A stretch of 64,000 nt of DNA. Origin: Vicugna vicugna. Taxonomy: Eukaryota. The stretch's first letter is position 1. Each line of letters begins with the position of its first letter. The notes under the pieces were generated by a model, which saw only the letters and a list, made by a program, of their open reading frames with translations, ran no database searches and had not been told where the DNA came from. The stretch is from NCBI GenBank assembly GCA_013265495.1, contig MU058687.1:4152093-4216092 (forward strand), given 5' to 3'. Position numbers and translations under genes: made by a program. Below are positions 37,690 to 51,806 of this stretch, piece by piece.

Positions 37690-37878
37690 CAGACACTTGG
37701 GAAAGTGTGAGCTGTCTTCACACTCCTCACCAGTGTAGACAAAGGTAATGGATGCAGGGCTTTTGTTTCCTTGGGTCCAGACTCAAGTCTCAAAATTCTT
37801 TGAAGGACAGTGCAGAAGACAGAAGCTACCATTTGATCAGTGCTGGAAGGTGTTATAAAACCTATTTGCCATCCTTGA
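37690..37878 (-). mobile_element. hAT-Charlie MITE (MER117-like)
   Basis: Ends gctaccatttgatcagtgctggaag...aaacctatttgccatccttg. Confidence 0.55.
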
Positions 37879-39200
37879 ACTATCCTGTACATCCTGGTGG
37901 GCTAGGGACATGGGTCTGCCTAGTGTAGTATAGAGGGACAGGATCTCAGCCCAGTGCCTGAGGTCCTTAACGCACCAGCATGTTTAGTAAGGATGACAGT
38001 AATTCATGTGGAACTCACAGGAACGTCCACATAGAAAATGTGCCCTTCATTCTGTTCCCTAACAGGAAACATCAGAGAAAAACATTAAAACCAACCAGAT
38101 GACAGTGCACTAGAACACAGTTATGCTTACAAGGGAGGAAATAAAGTATAGGCCGTGTCACTAGAGAAATTGTTAACACGACCACTAAGAAGCCGCGTGA
38201 GCTTGAGTCCCTTGGGAAGGAGAAATGTGTCTGCAAATAAGTTTATTTCTCTGGCAATATTCGCTTTTCTTTGTTTGCCTCTCCATGTGCTGAGAGTTTT
38301 CTTATGGCTTCATGATTATATGAGTGAATACTAGGAATGTTATTATTCTCATTATGTTCTCAGCCTTATAAGAGATAAAAGAACACCCTGTGCCTGTCCT
38401 TGGGCTCAATTTAAGTTAGAGAAAAAAATAAAATTTTCTGTACAAGAAAAAGTTCTTGTAAGATGGCAGAGACATACTATTGATCTAAGGCTCATTTGTT
38501 TTAATAGACGTCCTTAGTCCTGGGTTATCAGTGGAAAACAACATAGTCATGCAATTTTAGCAAGCCCTTGTTCTTCTCGTTACGTAGGGCATCTCTGTGG
38601 AATAAGAAACTCAGGATTATTTTCCTTACAGAAATGGAGAAAAGATATATACATCTATTTCATCTATTTAGATATAAGTACATTACAAATACACGTAAGT
38701 AGGTCACTATAGAAAGAAACCATGCCTGAATATATTTTCTACCCTTAAAGGTCTGTCACAGTGTAGATACTTAGTGAGCATGTAACTGATATTTACGTAT
38801 TTCAGAAACAAAGATGACAATGTTTGGCTACAGTCATTTGATCCGGGAAATGGAAATTCATTGCCAGAAAGCCTCCAAACCTATCTTGTTGAGTCTATAA
38901 GCTTATTTTAACCTTGGAGACTGTGGATAGTGACTCCTTTGTCTGTTCTATGTAACAGAATGTATAACTGGTCTTTAAGTAAATAATTATGAACCTATTT
39001 TACTTACTTTCAGGGTTGTGACTGGTGGAGATATTTCTTAGAATCTAATTATGAGATAAGAGGGGAATAACTGGATCTGTTTCATATGGTATCAAAAACA
39101 TATAATAATGTAATACTGAAATAACTTTAGAAAAATACACTTCAAGTAGGATATTGTCTTTTGAGCCAAGGGGCTATGGCTCAATGTGATGAATAGTTAC

Positions 39201-39375
39201 TGTATCAGTTACTTAGGCAAGCTGTAATAAAATATTTAAAGTAAGTAAATAAACTGGGTGGCTTAAAACAATAGAAATTTATTATCTCACAGTTCTGAAG
39301 GCTAGAAAGGAAAGAAAAAAAAAGATCATGGCATTGGCAGGGTGCTCTCTCCAAGGTTCTGGAGGAGGGACTTTT
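39201..39375 (-). mobile_element. Partial MaLR LTR (MLT1C/D-like)
   Basis: aaactgggtggcttaaaacaatagaaatttattatctcacagttctgaaggctagaa. Confidence 0.75.
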
Positions 39376-40721
39376 GAAGATTACTTAATAATGTCCATGC
39401 GCTTGGTCACTGGATGAAACTATATCTTGGAACAAAGAAGTTCAAAGATGGCTCTTACTTTTCTGTTCTCATTTATAAAAATTAGTGGATTTGCTCACTG
39501 GGGAAGTAATGGGCAAGTGACTCGAATAGATAAGAGCATTTAAGAGTAAAAAATGTTTTGGAAAACTTTAGATTATTTATTTTCTAGGCAAAGTGTGAGA
39601 GATTAAGAGGCCCGAAGTGACTATTCTTTATAATGCATGACACTTAGTAGTTGATCAGTAATTTTTAAATAAAAGAATAAATGTCCAAATCAAGTGGGAA
39701 ATTAGTGACCAGGTAAAGACTACTGGAGGCTTTCTTACTTCAAGCTCAGTGTATTTTCTACTACATCGTTTTAGAAAAGGAAATTGGCAAAGAAGATTTG
39801 GAGAGAAGGAACAAACTAAGGCAAAGACATGGTGGATACAGAGGGAAATGGAGAGAAATGTCTGTTAAGGAAAGTGCTTTTCAAATTTGGGGAGGTGCTA
39901 AAGGGAGCTTTTTTGAATCCTGTCAAATACGCTGTGCTCTAAAAAAGTACAGTAACTGTAGTCATTAGAGGTAATGCATTTAGAAGGGAAGTAACAGTGA
40001 GAACAGTGCAGTTTCGTGGGCAGCCCTTTAACAGAACCCTCCTGTGGTTCTGTGCTGTCATTAATACTCACCTCATTCGTGTCTCCTGGGCTTCATAAAC
40101 ACTTTGCACCACTTAAGTAAAGCCATGGTTGCTAATTGTGCTGAACACCTTGAGAGAGGGCACCATGGAGCAAGACTGGGCAACCCCGGCCCTAATGGGC
40201 TTGATTGTGGTCTCTGGAGTGAAAACCACCTCTTGAAAGCTGCTGCAAGACAGCTGTTGGGAGGTTTTGTAGGAAGATTTAGTGCTGCAATTTGAGGGAT
40301 CGATGTCTAAGCTCTTCAGTGCCTCCTGACACTTCAGATGGATTCTGGGCTATTCCCTAGGGGGCACAAATCTAACCATCATCCACATAAATTTATCTAT
40401 CCCTGAACAGGGGCCCATCCCTGTCTTATGAGAGCTCAAAGCCTAGTTTTAGAGGTAAGACAAGCACACACGAAGTGATGAATGAGCATTAACTGTCGAG
40501 TTGTATACCTCTGATGGCCTATCCAAGGGGCAGAGAGAGGAGATCCAAGGGGGCGAGGATGTTCAGAATGGAGGAGGTGTGAGAGTGGCAGAATTTGAAG
40601 GTACTACGCATGCTCTGTGGAAACAGGTGGCATCAGGGTGGATTCTAGGGAGTGGGAACAGCCTGCAGGTGGGAAAGAGAATGCACACAGAAGGGCTCGA
40701 GTGCAATAGGAAACGTGTGCT

Positions 40722-41063
40722 TTCTTTGGTTATATCAAGGGAGAAGTCAAGTCTATTTGTCTTTTATCACCTTCTGACACTTACTAATTTCCTTTATTTG
40801 CAAAGAGATCGCAGGCCTCAGGCTCGGTCTTTAAAGGCTTTATTCACATTATTTTACTTCCATTCCATTTATTTTTATGGGTAACTTCTGTAGGCAAGTG
40901 ATAGTTGTTTTCCATTCTTACTACTAGTATAAATCTATTTTAAAGTAAAAATGTATGAAGTAAAACGAAGTAAGGCAATTTAAAGAAAAATATAAAGTAA
41001 ATAAGAATTCAGGATGTAGAGATGTGGTGAATATACAACATGGACAGAAGTTCGGGAAAACTG
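40722..41063 (-). mobile_element. hAT-Charlie element (MER113-like)
   Basis: gcaggcctcaggctc...ggcaagtgatagttgttttccatt...caatttaaagaaaaatataaagtaaataag...gaagttcgggaaaactg. Confidence 0.7.
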
Positions 41064-41467
41064 CTGTTGACAAATGGTGATCTTTGTGGGATGTTGACCG
41101 TGGTCTTCAAGTTTCTAATTCTCCTTTCATTGCTCACCATGGATATTCCAGCAAAATGGAATTGCTGCGTGTTCTCCATAAACCATTCATGCTTTCACTC
41201 TTACCCCTGCTGTCTTGTCTGTCTGTCTTCAAAGTGAAAATATTTTCTTTGGAGCACTCAAACTTGACCTTGCACTAAGTAGGTCCTAGTAAATATTTGA
41301 TGAAAAAAATGAGTGAAAGAATGAGTCAATAAATAAATCAGTTATGACTTTTTGAGAAAAAAAAAGTCATCTTGTAATAGGGCCTAGAGTCACGGCAATG
41401 ACAAGCAAGAGAAAGGGGCCACTCCGTGTGGCACCGGAAAGTGAGAAACAAGAGCTCAGCCTTAGGC

Positions 41468-41635
41468 AACTGCCTCTTAGACGTTAATCTGCACACCAGT
41501 CACATGGGCGTCTTGTGGAAATGCAGGTGCCGATTCAGCAGGTCTGGGGTGGGGCCTGAAATTCTGCATTTCTCACAGGCCCCCCGGGGATAACGACGCT
41601 GGTGGTGGGTAGATATGTGTTGAGTCATAAAGTTT
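41468..41635. mobile_element. MER5-type MITE
   Basis: aaatgcaggtgccgattcagcaggtctggggtggggcctgaaattctgcatttctcacaggc. Confidence 0.8.
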
Positions 41636-41765
41636 TAGGTGATATTGGAGAGAGGAGAATCAAAACGAACTCCAGTTTCTTGTGGTACTTTTAAAATTTT
41701 GTTTAAAATGCTCCTTGTTTAAGCATCATTTTTTTTCCATTTTAATTTTCTAAATTCCCTCTTTT

Positions 41766-41900
41766 TTAGAGGGAGGAGGTAATTCGGTTTGTTTATTTAT
41801 TTATTATTACTATTTTTTTCACTGGAGGTACTGGGGATGGAACCCAGGACCTTACGCATACTAAGCACGCACCTTACCACTGAGCTATATACTGTCCCCC
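41766..41900 (-). mobile_element. vic-1-type camelid SINE (long-tail form)
   Basis: ggaggtactggggatggaacccaggaccttacgcatactaagcacgcaccttaccactgagctata plus tail gggaggaggtaattcggtttgtttatttattt; degenerate TSD ctaaattccctctttt / ctaaaatactctttt. Confidence 0.9.
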
Positions 41901-43025
41901 CTAAAATACTCTTTTAAAGAAGAAATTTGGAAAGAAAAATTCTATGTATTCAAGGAGGTTCTTCTCCCTGTAAACTTTAGCAGTGTTTTTCAGTTTGACA
42001 ATCTCCTGCTTTATTTCTGCAACTCATCTTTGGTTATGTTTCGTTCGTGTTTCTCCTAAATATAGAGGCCTGACTGGCCTGTAATAAACACAGAGCAGAG
42101 AAGTGCAGTGACCTCATTAAAGTGGGGTTGTTTGCACGTGACTGAAGTTGCCCAAGGTAACCCAGGAAAGGGCAAAGCGGAGCCAGACTCAGGTCCTCTA
42201 ACTCTCAGTTGGTGCTTCTGCGCTCAATGTTCATTGCCATCCAATGACAAAATCTTTCAAACTGAATTATTCCCCTAGCTCCTGGGACTAAAAGTGGGAG
42301 ATTCTGTGGGTCCAGGCTATTGAGTGTTGCAAGGGTGAGACTTCTTGCTTTCTCTGTCCTTCTTTCCCAGGGGCGCAGCCAGGCACTCCCCTGCTGCAGG
42401 GAGCTGCCTACTGCCCGGAACCTGGTTATTATTATTTTATGAAAGTACAGTTTAGGGGATGGGTGAATCTCTGACAACAGGAGAAAGGAACCAACATAGA
42501 ACTCAGTTCCCTTCCTCTCCTATGGTTATAGACCTTACTTGGCTTTTTTTTTTTTTAATTTTTATTTTAGGTGTAGAAGCTTCAGTCAAGAACCACAAAT
42601 TAAGTTGTGTACTGTAGTCTTCCAGCTCATATGCTATCACTAGGCTGTAATTACTCCTTGACACCCTTCCTCAACACACTGGCATCTTCGCCAGCCTGAG
42701 AAATCAAAACACAATTATTTATTTGTCTTAGGTTGGTTTTCTTCAATTAATTTTAATAATCCATGTACTTTTCTTTCTTAATTTCTTATTTGTATGCTTT
42801 GTGTCAGCTGTTACTTAGTTTCCGTGATGTTTCCCAGAAATATGGAATTAGCTATGCCAGACACTCACTATTCAGAAGGCTCAGTAGTCACACAGCATTT
42901 ATAACAATTAAATACCAGGACTGAAACCTAAGCCCTGCTGGCTTAGAGAACATTTGTGAGAAAGGATTAGGACCTGAGTTCCCTTGGGGGAGAGGAGGGC
43001 TATCTCTAAATATCTGTTTAGAAAT

Positions 43026-43100
43026 ACACACACACATACACACATATATGTGGTAGTATATATGTGTGTATATGTTTATATATTTATACATATATGTATA
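43026..43100. repeat. Imperfect (CA)n/(TA)n/(TG)n microsatellite
   Basis: tacacacacacatacacacatatatgtggtagtatatatgtgtgtatatgtttatatatttatacatatatgtata. Confidence 0.8.
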
Positions 43101-43225
43101 ATTCATAATAAAATCAGCATATGCCTGTTCTGAAGAAACTGGGAAATAGTAAAGAAGAGATAGTAAAAATAAAAGATAGCTATTAACCAAATTTATCAAC
43201 TAGAAATAACTCCAATTTGCATTTT

Positions 43226-43313
43226 AATTTATTTATTTTTTTTGATGGAGGTACTGGGGATTGAACCCAGGGCCTTGTGCATGCTAAGCATGCACCCTAT
43301 CACTGAGCTATAG
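43226..43313 (-). mobile_element. vic-1-type camelid SINE
   Basis: gatggaggtactggggattgaacccagggccttgtgcatgctaagcatgcaccctatcactgagctata; possible TSD catttta. Confidence 0.9.
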
Positions 43314-43939
43314 CTACATTTTAGTATAGCATTTCCTATGCATAAGAGAGAGTACACCCAATTTTTTTGATATTTCTGATTTTTAACCTAATATTTTATT
43401 ATAAGCACTTCCCTATGTTGTTAAAAGTTTTTGGCCTTTTTATTATTTTATATAACATATTTTTTTTCCTTGATCATCAAATTAATGGATGTTTACTATA
43501 GAAAATTTGGTAAATACTGAAAAATTTAAAGAAGAAACATAAAATAATTCTACTACTCACTGTTAGTAAGTATTACTCTTTAGTATATTTCCTTTATCTA
43601 TCTATGTGGACTAAAAATTTAATAATTTCTAACAAAACTAAATCATATTACATTTACAGCACTTTACTCTTTTTCCACTTAAATTTTAGCATGTGCTTTC
43701 CCCGTGTTAAATGTCCTTTAAAATGATTTTAAGTGACTGCATAATGTTCCATCGCGTATACCTTAATAGTAAATCAGAAGAATCTAATACCCAACTGAAT
43801 GAGATCAAGAGTTCATTCAGCCCATATCTGTGTCTGAACATAAAGAGTAGTTTGAAAGTTTGAGGGGTATCATAGTTCTTTTCATGTTGTATAACTCAAA
43901 TATCAAAATATATCTGAAGTAGAGCCCATGCTACAAATA

Positions 43940-44185
43940 TCTGTTATTATTATCCTCATCATTATTAATCATCACTATCACGTATTGATCTTTAAGTATT
44001 AAGCATCGTGTACATTATCTAGTCAGTATTTTCAATTCTTTGACGTGGATACTGTTGTCTCCACTTTATAGTTAAGAAAACCTGAGCATCATAAATAGAG
44101 GTTAAGTAACTCATGAGTGGCTGAGCTTAGATTCCAACTATCTATATAATTCCACTTGCTATGCTCTTAGCTACTAGACTGTGCC
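43940..44185 (-). mobile_element. MIR SINE
   Basis: tctccactttatagttaagaaaacctgagc...agaggttaagtaactc...gtggctgagcttagattc. Confidence 0.65.
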
Positions 44186-45507
44186 CATTTAATGTTATCA
44201 ATAGATTCATTTGTACCTTTCCTGAATGTATTTCTTTTCAGCCTGTATACCTCCCAAATAACATGACTTACAGTCAGCATTTTCATTCTACACCTCATGT
44301 GTATAATGCACTATGCTCGGTTCTCTTGAGAAATATATAAAAACAAAAGCCATGGTATTTGATCAAGAGCTTCTTACAATCCTGTTGGGGGTGCAGTGTG
44401 TACATACGTACAAGGTTTCAATTAATAAAAGACTCAGGCATCCATACAAGTTAGTAGGATAAGAGATATCCCATAGTAGTACAGAAATAATTTCCAAATT
44501 AGTATTATGGTTCAGAGAAATGATAGGTCATTGTGGGAAAGAGTAGCCTGGAATTTTCTACTTGGTCAATAAGCAACTCTGATGCAGAGAATAGGTAACT
44601 GCTGGCTATCATAGAATGTATTTTTTAAATTGGAAGACAAGCTCCTATATTTGCATATTCCTGAATTTGTTAAACAAGACCATGCTTGATGTCTTTATTT
44701 TTAAAATGATTCTATTGGCTACTTATTAGACCATATTGATCTTTAGAGACTCACCAAGAACCAATATTATGTGTGATCCAAGAGTCCATTTTAGCTAGTC
44801 AGGTACCCACACCTAAGTTGGCAGACTGTGGTAAAATACAATCTGAAAATTATTTTATGGAACATAGTCACATGGTTATGTTTTATGACTAGTTCTTCAA
44901 ACACGTGTAAATCTAATGCTAGCTATATTTGGGAGTGCCAGTTACCCGCCAGACCCAGCCCACGTTTTAACTCTGACCCACATTTTAACTCTGATTCTCA
45001 GACCAGTAGTGAAACCAGAATTCTCAGTGTTGTGCAATTTCAGAGGATCTGCTCTTTCCTCATTCTTTTCTGCCTCTGATTAAATACCTTTTTAAATAGA
45101 TTCTCATATAACACAGAGACAGATGTAATCCTTCTAATGGCCTCCTAATTTTGTATAAACCTAGCCAGGTAATCACATAGGGGATATAGGATTTAGAGAT
45201 ACTCATTCTGATAACTACGAGAAAAAATTTATAGGTCATTGTGGCATTATATTTAATCCATTTTCATCTTGTTACATATTTGGCTGAGGATGTAAAATGT
45301 GTACTGACATGAGATCTGTGCATTAGGTAGTTATTTATTTTTCTTTGGATAATTCCTCTCTAAAACAAAAATGTTGATGATGAAAATGCTAGATAGTTAG
45401 CATTTTGCTAGGGTTTCCTAGGGTTCGTGACCTGCATCACGAAGGACTTGACTGGGTTAGAAACACTGGACTTTGGAGCTGAATGGAGCCTCTGAGCTTG
45501 TCGAGTC

Positions 45508-45696
45508 CAATGGTTCTCAGACTTCCGTGTGCATCAGAGTCCACCTGGAGGGCTTAGTAAAACTCAGCTTGCTGGGTCCCACCCTCAGGGCTCCTGATTC
45601 AGTAGGTCCTGGGTGAGGTGTGAGAATATGCATTCTAACACGTTTCCAGGTGATGTGGACGCTGCTGATCTAGGAACCATACTTTGAGAACCACTG
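45508..45696. mobile_element. Full-length MER5A MITE inserted in a MIR3/MIRc
   Basis: TIRs caatggttctcagact / actttgagaaccactg; MIR text before (ggagctgaatggagcctctgag) and after (aatgagaaaactgagg). Confidence 0.9.
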
Positions 45697-46184
45697 TTCT
45701 GGTTTATGGCCTTCTTTCTACTAATGAGAAAACTGAGGACTTAAGAAAGGTCATCCATGTACATGTATAAATCTTAGCTTGTCCCTTGGCTGCTCAAAGC
45801 CCGTCTGTGGTTTCTTGTTGCACTTAGAATGAAATCCCCAGTCCTTATTTTCCAGAAGACCTTGCATGCCTGGTCCCTGCCCGTCCTTCTGCACCATGGT
45901 CCCCATAGAGATTTATTTTACTTCATTCTAGTTATTCAAGGGCCACATTCTTATTTCAGCATAAAAAGCAACTAGTATGGGGACATGGCACAGAACAAAG
46001 AGTGAAGGCTTGACTTCTAGAGGCTACCAATCCCATTTTTCAATGCTTGCCATTTCCTTGGGGCTCTGAATATAACTAAAACTAGCCTAACATGCTTAGT
46101 GATTTACTGAGTCTTCACTTCCATGCAATGGGTCCATCTTGGTTTCTCTCTCTGTTTTATCTGGCAAAGAATTTGGTTCTCATT

Positions 46185-46455
46185 ATTATAATAATAATAA
46201 AAAATAGTAAAAGATTTTACTGGTCAGTTCTGTGCCACATACCATGCCAAGTATTTAACAAACATGACCATATTTAATCTTCATAAAAGCCATGTAAAGT
46301 AGCTATGACTCCTATATTACTCATATCTATTTTACTAGAGGAAACGGAGGCTTAAAGGATTAAGCAGTATTTTGAATGTCACATAGCCAGTAAGAGGCAG
46401 TATTGAGATTTAGACTTAGATTTCTGGGGCTAGGACTGTAAACTATACTGCCTCA
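46185..46455 (-). mobile_element. MIR SINE
   Basis: tatttaatcttcataaaagccatg...gaggaaacggaggcttaaaggattaag...gtcacatagccagtaagaggcag. Confidence 0.8.
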
Positions 46456-47385
46456 CAGTCACATCCTGAAATAACTGCTACCTGTGTCTGAATAGCCCCA
46501 ACTGGCCAAGTGATGACAAGCCCTTCTCCTGGATGCTGTTTTGCTCAGACCTTCAGAGGGAGAAAAGGGAGCTTTAGCTTGAAAGGGTCTTTACGAAGAC
46601 ATATGAGGAGATTAAATTGGCGCTAAGCACATTAAGACAAAGCTCAATACCTGAAAGTGTCATGTCTTTGATCTTGGTAATTGAAGAGTTCATGTGAGTC
46701 AATAGAAGAAAGACACTTGGTCTACTTTACATGCTACACCTTACCTGTGTTTGAGAGTGGTTTATCCCTCCTCTGTTCTCAATAATAGAAAAGTCTAATA
46801 TGCTGAGATTGCTTTTAAGCCTCAAGGAATTCTAAAGGAAGCAGCCCACAGGGTGAGAACAATAGAACCTCCTTTAGCCTGAAGTTACAAAAAGACATCA
46901 AACATGGCTTCCTCAGGTAAGTTGTGATCAAGACTCAATCATTGGTCAAATGAACAAAAGATCTCTTTATTTCCGAAAGATCAGAAAAATACTGGAGCAA
47001 GCTTACTCTTCTCCTGAGCCAAGACTGAAATAAGATGAGGTTTACAGAAACAAATTCCTCCCGTATTTTTTTTTCATTTATTTCCTCTTAACAAACTAGT
47101 TTACCTAAAAATATCAGTACTATTTGAAATTTTGCCATGAGAAATTCTCATTTCTTCTCTTCTTTCTTTTTTCCTCTCTCTTATTTCATTTAAGCATTAA
47201 TTGTCTTATTCATTCTATACATAGTTATTTCACACTTATAATGTGCCTGGGTATGTTTATTTTAAATATTAAAACCCACTAGAACTGAAGTCTAAATATG
47301 GGACCTCTGTCGTGGTGAGACTGCCTGTGATGAAGACCTCATTGGTATGAATCAGCATGGATGGAAACCAACATAAGCCTCATGG

Positions 47386-47475
47386 TGTGTGTGTGTGTTT
47401 GTATAAAACTGAATCGCTATGCTGTATAACAGAAACTAACACAACATTGTAAATTAACCATACTTCAATTAAAAA
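47386..47475 (+). mobile_element. Very short artiodactyl-type L1 3' end
   Basis: aactgaatcgctatgctgtataacagaaactaacacaacattgtaaattaaccatacttcaattaaaa. Confidence 0.8.
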
Positions 47476-47519
47476 GATAGTGATGATGATATTAAAGATA
47501 AAGGAAGAAAAACAAAACT

Positions 47520-49686
47520 TTAAATCAGATAAATATTTGACATAGCCACTGTAGATTTATTGTTAAAAATAATCTGAGCAAGCTTAGAGTGGAATAGAAC
47601 TTTTTCACTTGATAATAGAAATTAATCAAGAACCTACAAATATCATGTTTATTCAGGTTAGAAACAAAGCAAGGATGCCGACTATCATTTCTATTTATTG
47701 TTGAAGTGAGGAACTAACCAATCGAATAAGAAAAGAAAATCAGATGCATAAGTATTGGAGAGGAATGTACTGAACTTTCCTTATTTGTGGAAAGTCCGTG
47801 AAGGTCCATAGGCTAACTATTAGAATCAATAGTTACTTCAACAAGTTTGTTGATTAGAAGATAAACATATAAACCTAATTGGCTTTTCTGTACAATTATA
47901 ATTACCAGTTAAAATGTAGAACAGAAAAAAAATCCCATGTATAACAGCTACAGAAATATAAAGGAGCTATGAATTGATCTAAAAAGGGACATGACCTTTA
48001 GGGGAAAAAATGACACATGACAAAATATTATTGAAGATAATAAAAAAGTCCTGAATAAATCACTGTCACATTTATGAGTGTACTCAGTGACAGAAAGATA
48101 CCAGTTCTTCCCAAATTATTCCATAAATCTACTACAACTCTACTCAAAATCCCAACAGAATTTTTCAAAGAACCTGACACAGCTGACCCTGTAACTCATG
48201 TGTCAGTGCAAGGGGCCAAAATAACCAAGACAGTTCTGGGGAGAAGAAAAAAAAAAGAACAGTAGGAAAGATTTGCCCTACCAGATATCAAGACATATTT
48301 TATACCTATAATAATTACAATAGCGTGGACACAGGCACATGGATATGTGGGACAAAACAGAGCTCAGTAACTGTCTCCTGTAATGTGGAGAATTCATACC
48401 TGACCAGGTTGGTGTTACAAGTCACTAGTCAATGAATAAACTGGTCAGAAATGGTACTGGGATCACTGGTTATCTATATGGAAAAAAATAAAATTAGACT
48501 TCATCTTTACATCAAACATGAAAATAGAATATGTAAAATTTAGATTTAAAATGCAAAACTTTAACATTTTTAGAAGAAAATAAAGGTGACTAGCTTTATG
48601 AGGCATGTGTGGAAAAGATTTCTTAAAAAAGGTCAGAAAGAAAGCACAGACCATAAAGAAAATATTGATAAATTTAATTACAATTAAACTTAAATCTAAT
48701 GTTCAAAGAAAAACATGATTTAAAAAAAAAGTCAAGCTATTGACTGGGAGAAACTATTGTCAGTGCGTGTAATATACAAAGGATTGGTATTATAAGTTAC
48801 ATAATGAACTCCTACGAGTCATCAGAAGAAAGACAACCCAACGGAAAAATGAACAAGGGATATGAATAAGCAAATCACAGATCCCAAACTCAAATGGATA
48901 GAAATATATAAAAGGATATAGTCATACTAGTAATCTTGAGAATGCAAATGATACTGTGGTACTACTTCAAAAATCAGATTAGCAAAAATGAATAATTCTG
49001 ATGATATTAAGTGTTGGCAAAGAAGAGAAGCAATGAGAATCCTCATATCCTAAATAGCGGGCATGTGAAATAAGATAACCACTTTGGAATGCAGTTTAGC
49101 ATTGAAATTGGGCATGGCATCTGACCTAATAATTGTACATCTATGTAACTGCTTTAGAGAAACTGTCAAACTAGTTCATATTTAGATAGTAGGATGTACA
49201 TTGGAACACTGCTTGCAGTGTAAAAAAAATTAGAAACTGTCTAAATTGTGGACTCACTATACAATAGAATTCCTTCCAATAGTGGAACAAACTAAAGCCC
49301 CATGTTACACTGTTGGTGAACCTCAATGTCAATCTTGAATGAAAAAAGCAAATTATGCAATGAGACGTACAGAATGATACCTTTATATAAAGTTTATAAA
49401 CATGCCTTGTGGTCCAAAATACGTTATGTAAAGATCTACGTACATAAAGAATATAAAAACATGCCTGGACATGATGAACATCCCAATAAAAGGGTTACTT
49501 CTGGGAAGAGAGGGAAGTGGGACTGCTGTCAAAGGGATTTACCCTTGCTTCTAATATTATATTTCTTCAAAAAGAATCAGAAACCAATACACCAGAATGT
49601 TAAGAGTTTAAAAAAAAAGCCAGATTTAGGTACAGATGTTTATTATTGTTTCTATTTATTTGAATGAAACATTTCAAAATTAAATG
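47520..49686 (+). mobile_element. Highly degraded old L1M (L1ME-like) ORF2 + 3'UTR
   Basis: A-rich; aaacaaagcaaggatgcc, aaaatcccaacagaatttttcaaagaacctgac, gatttgccctaccagatatcaagacatatt, gactgggagaa, aagtgttggcaaagaagagaagcaatgagaa; no intact ORF. Confidence 0.85.
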
Positions 49687-51069
49687 AAGGACTACTTAGC
49701 CTCATTGAGGTCATGATGCTGAGTGCTCAGCCAGGTTTATTCACTAAGTTCTTGTACTTCCTGCTCTCAATGGGACTGATTAAATTTATATATGACCACA
49801 CAACATAAGTATTCAGACTCTTTGGAAAAGTGTCAAAATTGTCAATGTAAAATTCTGAAGTATCAAAGGTCAACTATAGACACACAAAACCAACTAAGGA
49901 CTAAAAGGATGAAAATGAAAACAAAATAAAAGCTGTTTGATAGAGTTCAGAAGAATATATCATCTTGCCCACCCCCTAAAATCAGGCCAGAGGATTGACA
50001 TTAGCCTTCCTGAAGGATTGTCTGTCTGTATGAGCAACCGGCAGCCTGAAAAGCTATATAGGGTAATATAAAACAAAACAAAACAAAACCTGCTCATGTG
50101 AAGAATACACAAAATGGCTGCACCTTCCCAAATGCATCCTTCAGCTCCCCAAACAGCTTCTCCTTCCTTGACCTTCTCGTTGGAAACCTCTCCTTAAGCA
50201 GTTACGCGCAGCTCTGCAAATGTTAGAGTGACATTTGGACTGGGCTCGTCTGGGGGCCCCCGGGGGCTCTCCAAGCTCCAGAACAGCAGTATTAGCCTTG
50301 CAGCCCTCACCTCCCAGAGCTCGCAATAACATTTACCCGCTACAGTTTTCTCCATCTTCAAATATTTCCTCTGCCCACGTGATGGTGACCCAGCTCCTTC
50401 ATAGACTAGGACCTAGAGGGAGTGGTTTAGAGAGAGGAGAGCCCTCCTTAAAGAACTTTTAACATTTGCCTTTCATTAAAGATTTTACTTATGTTTTAAT
50501 TGGGCTTTCCTCCGCGGATTCTGCTATGTTTGGGAAAAATTAAGTACTAGAATTGCACACCTGTTGGAGGGGAGGGCATAGCTTTGATTTTTTTCACGTC
50601 AGTGGAAACTCTGACAAAAACTGCCTCTCGTTGGTGAGGAATGGGATGTGAGTTCTAACTGAAATGCTGAAGAGTCCAGAGTTGGCCAGAACAGTATCCA
50701 ATTATTAATTATAACTTAGGAAACAGTTATGGAGCTTTGCTATGCTTGATGCGTGCCTAGGGCTGAACTAATTAAGACTTAAAGAAGTCAAATGTTCTCT
50801 CGTTTGTTGCGTCTCCAGTGCCTGGATGGATGATTGAATTGATGAGGAATGGATTGACTATCATCCCGGCAGCCTAATGAGTCATGTGCTAATCATCCTT
50901 ATTTTATTAATGAGGAAACTGAGGCTCAGAGAGAAAGCTAGCTGGTGTCAGACCTTGTGTCCAGCCTGAGACCTTAATTGCTCTGCTGTAATCTGTATGC
51001 AGGGAGGCACATGTGTGTCAGAAATGTGATGGGAAGCACTGGCAGGCAGAGTTAAGAATGAGCACACAA

Positions 51070-51806
51070 TAGAATTCCACTGAATAAATGTAGAAGAAAA
51101 GAGGGCAAGAGAGAATCACCATTAGGTAAATACCGCAGTAATAAATCTTCCCAGTAAGATCCACCAATGGACACTAAATTTAGTGGGTGAACGTTTGAGG
51201 AGAAACAGTTTGCATAGGCTCAAAGTATCTTCTCCAAGATACTTACCAAGTACATAGGAAAACATAGTTACTTAACTGTCTTTTTTTATTTAAAAAGACC
51301 TGGGAGATACCAACTTAACCAAGTAATCAAGAAAACATCTCCAGTAACAAGAAATGTTAACATCATGAACCCCTTGATATGATGCACTGAGAAGGACACA
51401 CTGTCATTTTCACGGGATTCTTGCCAAAAATGCAGAATCTTATTTCAGTCATTAGCAAACGATGGACAAACCTAATCTGAAGATATTTGACAAAATATCT
51501 GACCAGTACTCTTCAAAGGATCATGAAAGACAAGGAAAGATTGAGGGACTGTTCTAGACTGGAGAAGGCTAAGAAGTAACTAATGCAGTGTAGGATCCCG
51601 GAACAGAAAAGCCATAAAATTGGAAATGATTTGAAGTTTATTTAAAATGTTGTACCAGTGTTAATTTCTAATTGTTTATAATCATATTATGGTTGTGTAA
51701 GTTGTTAGCATTAGGAGATGTAGGGTGAGAGGTGTGAGAGAATGCTTGGTATAATTTTTGCAACTTTTCTGTAAGTGTGCTAAGTTTGAAATAAAAAGTT
51801 TAAAAC
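51070..51806 (+). mobile_element. L1MC (L1MC3/4-like) 3' end
   Basis: acttaaccaagtaatcaag...tgatatgatgcactgagaaggacac...ctgaccagtactcttcaaa...catgaaagacaaggaaag...ttttgcaacttttctgtaagt...aaataaaaagtttaaaa. Confidence 0.85.
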
